Assembly (NCBI GenBank): GCA_964016885.1 | Contig: OZ024742.1 | Coordinates: forward strand, 142,352,001-142,416,000 | Direction of reading: 5' to 3' | From: Eledone cirrhosa | Taxonomy: Eukaryota | DNA: 64,000 nt | In this document: one piece after another, positions 57,050-64,000 of the stretch | Layout of the letters: every line of letters starts with the position of its first letter | Position numbering within the stretch: the first letter of the stretch is position 1 | Made by a program: the position numbers and the translations under genes | The notes under the pieces: generated by a model | Databases searched by the model: none | The model's input: only the letters and a program-made list of their open reading frames with translations | Told to the model about the DNA's origin: nothing

Positions 57050-59720
57050 TGATTTCTAATTTAGGCAAAAGGCCAACAATTTGTGGAGAGGGAAAAATTG
57101 ATTACATCAATCCCAGTACATGACTGGTACTTAATTTTATTGATCCCGAAAGGATGAAAGACAAAGTTGACCTCAGCAGAATTTGAACTCAAAACATAAA
57201 AACTCAGAATAAATAATGCTAAGTATTTGTCTGACACCCTGGTTACTCCAGTCCTCCATCCTTATATAATAATGATAATCATGGTTACTAACACAGGCAC
57301 AAGGCCTCCAATTTTGGCTAGGAGAGGGTATAGTCCATTAAATTGACTCCAGTATTTGACTGGTATTTTATTTTATCAAGCCCAGTGGAATGAAGGGCAA
57401 AGTTGACCGTGGTAAGATTTGAATCCAGAACATAATCAGGAACAAATATCTGACACTCTAATGGGTCTGCCATTCCACTATCTGGTTATAATGGTTACCA
57501 GAAAGACAAACAATTTGTGTTCAAAGCAAGTCAATTAAATCAACCCCAGTACTTAACTGGTTCTTTATTTTATCAATCCCAGGAGGATGAAAGGCAAAGT
57601 TGGCAAGATAATGAACTCGGAACATAAAAATATGGGACAAGAGAGATGACAAAGGACTGTGAAAGACTGGCGAACACTCACCTGCCAGCACAAAAGTGTG
57701 TCATGACCCACCTCCCCCAACCGTCGATCCTACCATCACTGTATATTCTCCACTCTACTCAGGATCACCCCACTTCTGCACTGTCAAACCCCACCATACC
57801 TGCCTTATACTTTCTTCACGCCTTCTCTCCCATATCACCACTTGAACCCCAACATCAAATCAATCACTACACAACCTCTTGTCACCTATGATATACATAA
57901 CATCCTCCTTAATTCTCCCATCCTATTCCCACTCTACATCACCCCCAACAGGGTAAAGAAGGTTTTTCAGTCAAGTCTATGACTGACAACCTCCCTAGTA
58001 TTGGCACCATGATAAAACAATATCCAGCACAGTCTGTAAAGTGGTTGGTGCTAGGAAGGACTCCCAGATGTAGAAACCATGCCAAAAAGAGTTGGGAAGA
58101 CCCTCCAATCACAACACATCTCTAGTGCCGGTAGCATGATAAATGCACCCAGTATACACTGTAAGGTGGTTTGTGATAAGAAAGATATCCAGCCATAGAA
58201 AACCTGCCAAACAGAGGGTATTTTATTTTATAGACTTTGGAGAGATGAAAGGCAAATTTGACCCACTCCCTCCAGCAAAATTTGAAATCAGAATGTAAAG
58301 AGAGAAAAATCAACTACTTCCTACTATTTAAGTTTGGTGCACTATCATGTTTGTCCCTCCACCATCACAATAATAATAATAAGCTTTGGAACCTCTGGTC
58401 ATTTATTTTGACCAGCTTCTAAAGTTTAGATTCAGTTGAAGATCTACCAGTGTTCAAAAGATAATAATTTCTAATTTAGGCACAAGGCCAACAATTTGTA
58501 GGGAGGAGAATGCCAATTACATCGGCCCCAGTACATGACTGGTACTTTATTTCATTGACCTTGGAAGGTTGAAAGGCAAAGTTGACCTTAGTGGAATTTG
58601 AAATCATGACGTAAAGGGCTGCTGGAACAAATACCGCAATGAATTATTTTCCTTTCTAATACTCAAACAATTCCTCAAATAATAATAATAATTGTTTCTA
58701 CTTTTGGCACAAGGCCAGCAATTACCCAGTATATAACTGGTACTTTATTTTATCGACCCCGTAAGGATGAAAGGCAAAGTTAACCTCGGCGGGATTTGAA
58801 CTCAGAATGGCAAGGGCCGTAACTCAATGCGTCAAAGCATGGTGTCCAACCCTCTATCGATACTGCCAATCCATCTGTATTCAATTTATTTTTCCTGCTG
58901 AAGTTTATTATTGTTATTGAAAGAATTGTTAGAACATTAGAAAGAAAAATAATGTGTTCTGATTCTACATTCAGAGTTCAAATCCCTGTAAGGTTAACTT
59001 TGCTTTCATCTTTCTGGGGTTGAAAAAATAAAATACCAGTCACCTCTGCACAAATTGCTGGCATTCTGTCTAAATTAGAAATCATTAATATTAATGATTT
59101 CTAATTTAGACAGAATGCCAGCAAATTGTGCAGAGGTGAAAGTCAATTATAACGTCCCAGTACTTGACCGGTATTTTATTTTTTCAACCCCAGAAAGATG
59201 AAAGCAAAGTTAACCTTACAGGGATTTGAACTCTGAATGTAGAATCAGAACACATTATTTTTCTTTCTAATGTTCTAACAATTCTTTCAATAACAATAAT
59301 AAACTTCAGCAGGAAAAATAAATTGAATACAGTGTTTTCATTTTCTTTTAAATCTACTTCAAAAACATTTTCGTCCCTTTCATTGTTTGAAATAATAAAG
59401 TAAGTAAGCAGGTGTTTATATCTATAAAACAAACTTGACTGCCAGTCACCCCAACTACGCTCTCTACCTAACATTTAAGAAGAAATAAGGTGGGGGGGGG
59501 GGGCTATCATTCAACCCATCTAATAAGGCGTACAACAGAGACAGTTGACTTGAAAAATATTTATCTACCTTCCCCCACCCCCTCATAATGAGGCAAATTG
59601 ATTGGCTTGTTAGGGCATCAGAAAGAATACTTTGAAGCATTTGCTCCAACTCACTGTGCTTTGAGTTCAAATCCTACCAAGATCAGCTTTGTCTATCATC
59701 CTTTCAAAGTCAATAAAGAA
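57050..59720. mobile_element. Cluster of about nine SINE copies of mixed age, mostly on minus
   Basis: Repeated ggtactttattttat.gacccc..aggatgaaaggcaaagt motif near 57130, 57360, 57560, 58220, 58540 and 58740, plus copies near 59000, 59170 and 59670. Confidence 0.8.
58875..59332. repeat. Spacerless palindrome of a degenerate SINE plus flank, centre 59089/59090
   Basis: gaaatcattaat|attaatgatttc; arms near-identical except for 28 extra bp on the right. Confidence 0.9.
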
Positions 59721-60909
59721 CAAGTCCATTGATGATAGATTAATAGAATAGTTTAAAATCACTGGAAAGGATGTCTTGCAGTATTTGTTCCAACTATGTG
59801 CGTTTTAAGATGAAATTCTGCCCCATTACTGAAAATAGTGGTGTTGAGTGTGCAAGGAGTTGCAAGAAAGAGATAGTGTCAGTACTTGAAAAACCAATGG
59901 AAATATAGTATCCTTGGTCTAATCTGTTGGATTGGCTCCTCCCCTTCTTTAACCTTTGCACACATACACGCTCTCAGAAACAAAAACAAAATGGACACAA
60001 AGTTTGTATAAAATGTTTTTTTTTTCCTTTCTTCCAATTTGTTTTTTTTTTGTTATTTTTTGTTTTTTTTCTTTTTTAATCATATTTCCTAGAGTTTTTT
60101 AAAGCTTGAAAAAATTAAATGTTTATTGAAATGTAAATGTTAAATAAATCAAAGTCAGTTATGAATTTTTATAAAGATTAGATAAGAAAAAATATTGAAA
60201 AAAAAAACAAAAAATGTTTTGTTTGAAGAGATTGGAAATACACTCGTATTCCCTTTATCATCATTATGATGACATTCAATATCCCATCTTTTCACAACAA
60301 TATGAACCAGTGAAAAATAGATAACCTTCAATGTGGTTAAAATAGGAATTATAGTGACATTATTGCAGTTGTTATTACAATGAAATTTCATTCAATTATA
60401 ATGATATGCTCCTGGCAGTTTATGGAGAATTAAATCAAGATAAAAAAAAAAAAGAAAAATAACATTCCAGTGGGAAAAGGTTAAGTTGTGACTTAGCTGC
60501 CATATTTGTCTCTAAAAGCCTGTGTAATATATTGTCTAGAGCATCCAAGATGATAACCATCATGGGGTAGGGAGAGAAAAATTATATACCATGTATACTC
60601 ATGTAGCAGTCAAATCCCTATTATCTGCCTAAAAGCCTGTGTGATGTATCTAAATATATCCATGATGAGAGAGAGAGAGAGAGAAATAAAATACCACTGA
60701 ACCCCTATTTTCTCATTAACAGACAAAAAAAATCAGCAAATGTGAATCGAAATATTATCCTGAACATAAAAGTTATGATGAGAAAATTAATTTGACTCTG
60801 CTATTGTGTCCTAATGTACGCATGTGGAGCTACACAGACTTATTTGTGTTTCATTAGTATGAAGAGTGTTTCGATGCATAGAGATATTAGTATTATTACT
60901 GTAATTCAA

Positions 60910-61125
60910 GGGCAGTGAATTGGCAGTATCAGTAGAGTGTTGGACAACATGCTTTGAGGTATATAGTTACTTTCCTTTACATTCTGAATTCAAATCCCAC
61001 TGAGGTTAGATTTACCTTTCATCCTTACAGAGTCGATAAAATAAAGCACCAGTAATGCACTGGAGTCAATGTAATTGACTCTCCCCCTTTGCTTCAAACT
61101 GTTGGCCTTGTGCCAAAAGTAAAAT
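60910..61125 (+). mobile_element. tRNA-derived SINE, older copy
   Basis: ttggcagtatcagtagag...gaattcaaatccc...cctttcatccttacagagtcgataaaataaag. Confidence 0.75.
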
Positions 61126-62499
61126 CAACTTTTAACTGTAATTCATTGTTTTTGTTCATTATTAGTTCATTTGGGTTTCTGCTTATTTATACAGCATTTG
61201 GATTGTAAGGTAAAGTAGTAACTACCAAAGATATAGCTATAGATGATAAAGGAGAAAATGAAAGGTGAGAAGCTTGTCAAACAACCCACAGGGAAAATGG
61301 CCTTAACTCCTAACATCCTGCAATGATTTAGCAGAAAATATCTTAAAATAGGTTTGTTAATTCTGTTTTTAGTATCTTTACCAGTGGATAGTTTGCTATA
61401 AAAATTTGCATTATTAGACTAAAGAGTTCAATTTTTAATGTGATGAGCCAATAATGCTATTTTGTACTTTTAAAGAATGTCTTGCTAATGCAGTTTCATG
61501 AAGCACAGAACCATAAGAGTTAAAATGCTTATTGTTGTTGCGAATTTTAGCTCCTAATAATCAACTCCATAAATTTAACCTCAAAAATGACTCAAAAACA
61601 TTCAACTCCTACAAGAGTATATACAGTATTTATTGAAAATTATATAATAAAAGTGGAAGTCACAACCATAAGAGATAAACTCAATTCTTAACCTTTCCAC
61701 TTCTTTGCAAAGCTTACAAAAGATTTTTTTTTTCCTTTCCTCTCTCTCTCTCTCTCTCTCTCTCACTTTTTTTTTCTTTTTCTTTTTTTGAACCAGGAGA
61801 AAGAATATCAGATCAACAATTTCAATGTAAATAAATTACAAAACACTTTAAGAAGAATCATTAAGAAATATGTAATTACAATATTAAAATCCTCCTTTTT
61901 CCTTTCCAAACATTTAGAAAGAATGATTATGTAACACAATCTTTAAAATCAATTTTTATTATCATTATTATTGTTATTAAACTGGTTAATCTCTTTGAAG
62001 ATTTTAAAAATATGAAAGAAAGAGAGAGAGTGAGAGACATATATAGTGAGAAAGAGATATAGTGATAGAAAGAGTCATCATGTTTACATCCAATCTTCTA
62101 TGGTTGCACAGGTTGGACAAAGGCTGGAGTTAATCTCGGTTTCATATGGCGTTAAGCAACTGAGAGTACATGACTCTTTCCGACATGGGAAGCTAGTCAA
62201 TCCATCATAGGGTTTATCCCCAGCTGTTGCTGCTGGAGCAATATGGAATGAAGTATATTATTCAAGGACACAATGTGTCACCTCGTCTTAGAAGGAATCA
62301 CTCCCCAGACCTTACTTATAATCATGAGACCAACACTCTAACCACTTGGCCACACGCATTAACAGTTTATTTGATATTCTCTTCTAAATATGATAACAAA
62401 TTCTAGTTTTTCAAAATACAAGTATCTATGTATAAAACATATAACAATCAGATCTTTGCCAGATAACTGTAATATGAGAAGAATTATCAAAACATGATG

Positions 62500-62539
<40 letters not shown>

Positions 62540-63334
62540 AGGCTGTGGATGAAATATCAAGAGGAAGAAAGATGTAGATAAGCAAAATAAAGAACAGAGA
62601 TTTTTTTCTGTTATGAAAAGCAAGATGGAAAATTTTTTTAAAAGAGCAAAAGTGGATGAGAAGGAAGAGGAGAAAAAGCATCTTAGCAAGCGTCATTGTA
62701 GTGAGTTAGTGGTCCCCATTTGAGCATTCTACTCCTTAATATCTCACGTCCTTTATATTTTAATAATTCAACAAGAATTCTTTTAGTATCAACTACCAAA
62801 GGCTATTATTCTTAAAGATACAGTGAATATATAATTCACCAGTACAGTTAATATAATGGAAAAAAACATTAAAATAGTCTTTCGATAATAAAAATGTCAT
62901 AGGAAATTATAAGCTTTTCGATAAACTATTATTATTATTATCATTATTTTATATATATATAATCTTTACTAGATCCCAGTATTTTTACACTTCAAATGAT
63001 AACCTCTTCATTGTCCAATAAAAAAGACAAGTGGCAGGTGATTTTTTTTAACAACAAAATATAAAAATAACCAAACAAAACAGAATATTCATAGTCAAAC
63101 ACGACTTTTTTGCATGATCCTAAACACAAAGGATCTATGTCCAGTTAATATTTTATTTATTTATGTGGTGTGTGGAGTGAGAGGTATGGGTAAGGATGTC
63201 ATCTACAACAAGTCTATTCTTAAAGCAATGTCTACTAAATAGGCAAAAAATTATTGATATATAATACATTCATGAGCTATATAATATAATGTTCATGAGC
63301 TCAATTCAGAGTTGCCTTTTTAATGGTGGTTTTT

Positions 63335-63470
63335 AATTTAGGTACAAGTTGAGTAATTTTAGGAGAGAAAGGAAGTCAAATCGACCCCAATACTCAACTG
63401 GTACTTTATTTTATTGACCCCAGAAGGATAAATGGCAAAGTTTACCTTGAGAGGATATGAACTCTAAACC
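63335..63470 (-). mobile_element. SINE remnant
   Basis: ctggtactttattttattgaccccagaaggataaatggcaaagt. Confidence 0.65.
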
Positions 63471-64000
63471 TAGCCTAGTTAATAAGACATATCATAGCCT
63501 TTAATGCAGCTGCTGACTGGTTGACTAATGCTTCAAAAGAGTTTGCCTTGACGCAATAGACTAATAACTTTCACTAAAGCTAACACTTCCACAGCAGTTA
63601 ATCTATATTTCATACATAAAAGATTAGTTAAAAGTCTTTCTTGAGTCCAGAAGCTCATCATCAGAGCTTATCCCAGTTTTTAATGAGGTGTTAGGCAACT
63701 AAGTGTACATGACTCCATCTCTATGATGGGACCAGCTTGCTAGTCCATTTCAGTCACAGGGCTAACTCCCAGCTCTTGATGGTATTCATTTTCAGCTGAG
63801 TAAACTGGAGCAACATGAAATAAAGTATCTGGCACTCATTCTTTTTTCTGATATCTCTATTACTTACTAGCAATGAATTACCATAATTTAAAAAATTTAA
63901 AAAAGGTGGAAACTCTGACAAATCTATTTGCAGGTTTTATACACACACACACACACACACACATACACACATATATATATATATATTGAACTTCATCCAT

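Overview
AT-rich, repeat-dominated animal genomic DNA. The SINE/LINE/microsatellite mix looks like an octopus or other coleoid cephalopod (inference). No host gene is confidently identifiable, and most ORF-track entries are translations of (TA)n/(TG)n microsatellites. 0.6-12 kb holds nested RTE-type LINE fragments with 5' inversions, tRNA-SINEs, a MITE, a deleted mariner and a CR1-type RT. 12-48 kb is a dense nest of Penelope-like elements (PLEs, RT + GIY-YIG) from several families, carrying about 20 type I hammerhead-ribozyme-like motifs. The dominant feature is a ~21.6-kb palindrome (arms 20117-30856 and 31205-41733, 348-bp spacer). It is centred exactly on the 5'-truncated end of a PLE with an uninterrupted reading frame and has a 19-bp stutter duplication at the fold-back point. 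The same fold-back geometry recurs at arm lengths of about 30, 65, 184, 215 and 500 bp. A separate 446-bp, terminally redundant non-coding repeat combines an octamer motif with a variant-core hammerhead and is a retrozyme candidate. 48-64 kb is mostly unique AT-rich DNA with old SINEs. Coordinates were counted by eye and may be off by a few bases; no ribozyme activity or family assignment has been tested.
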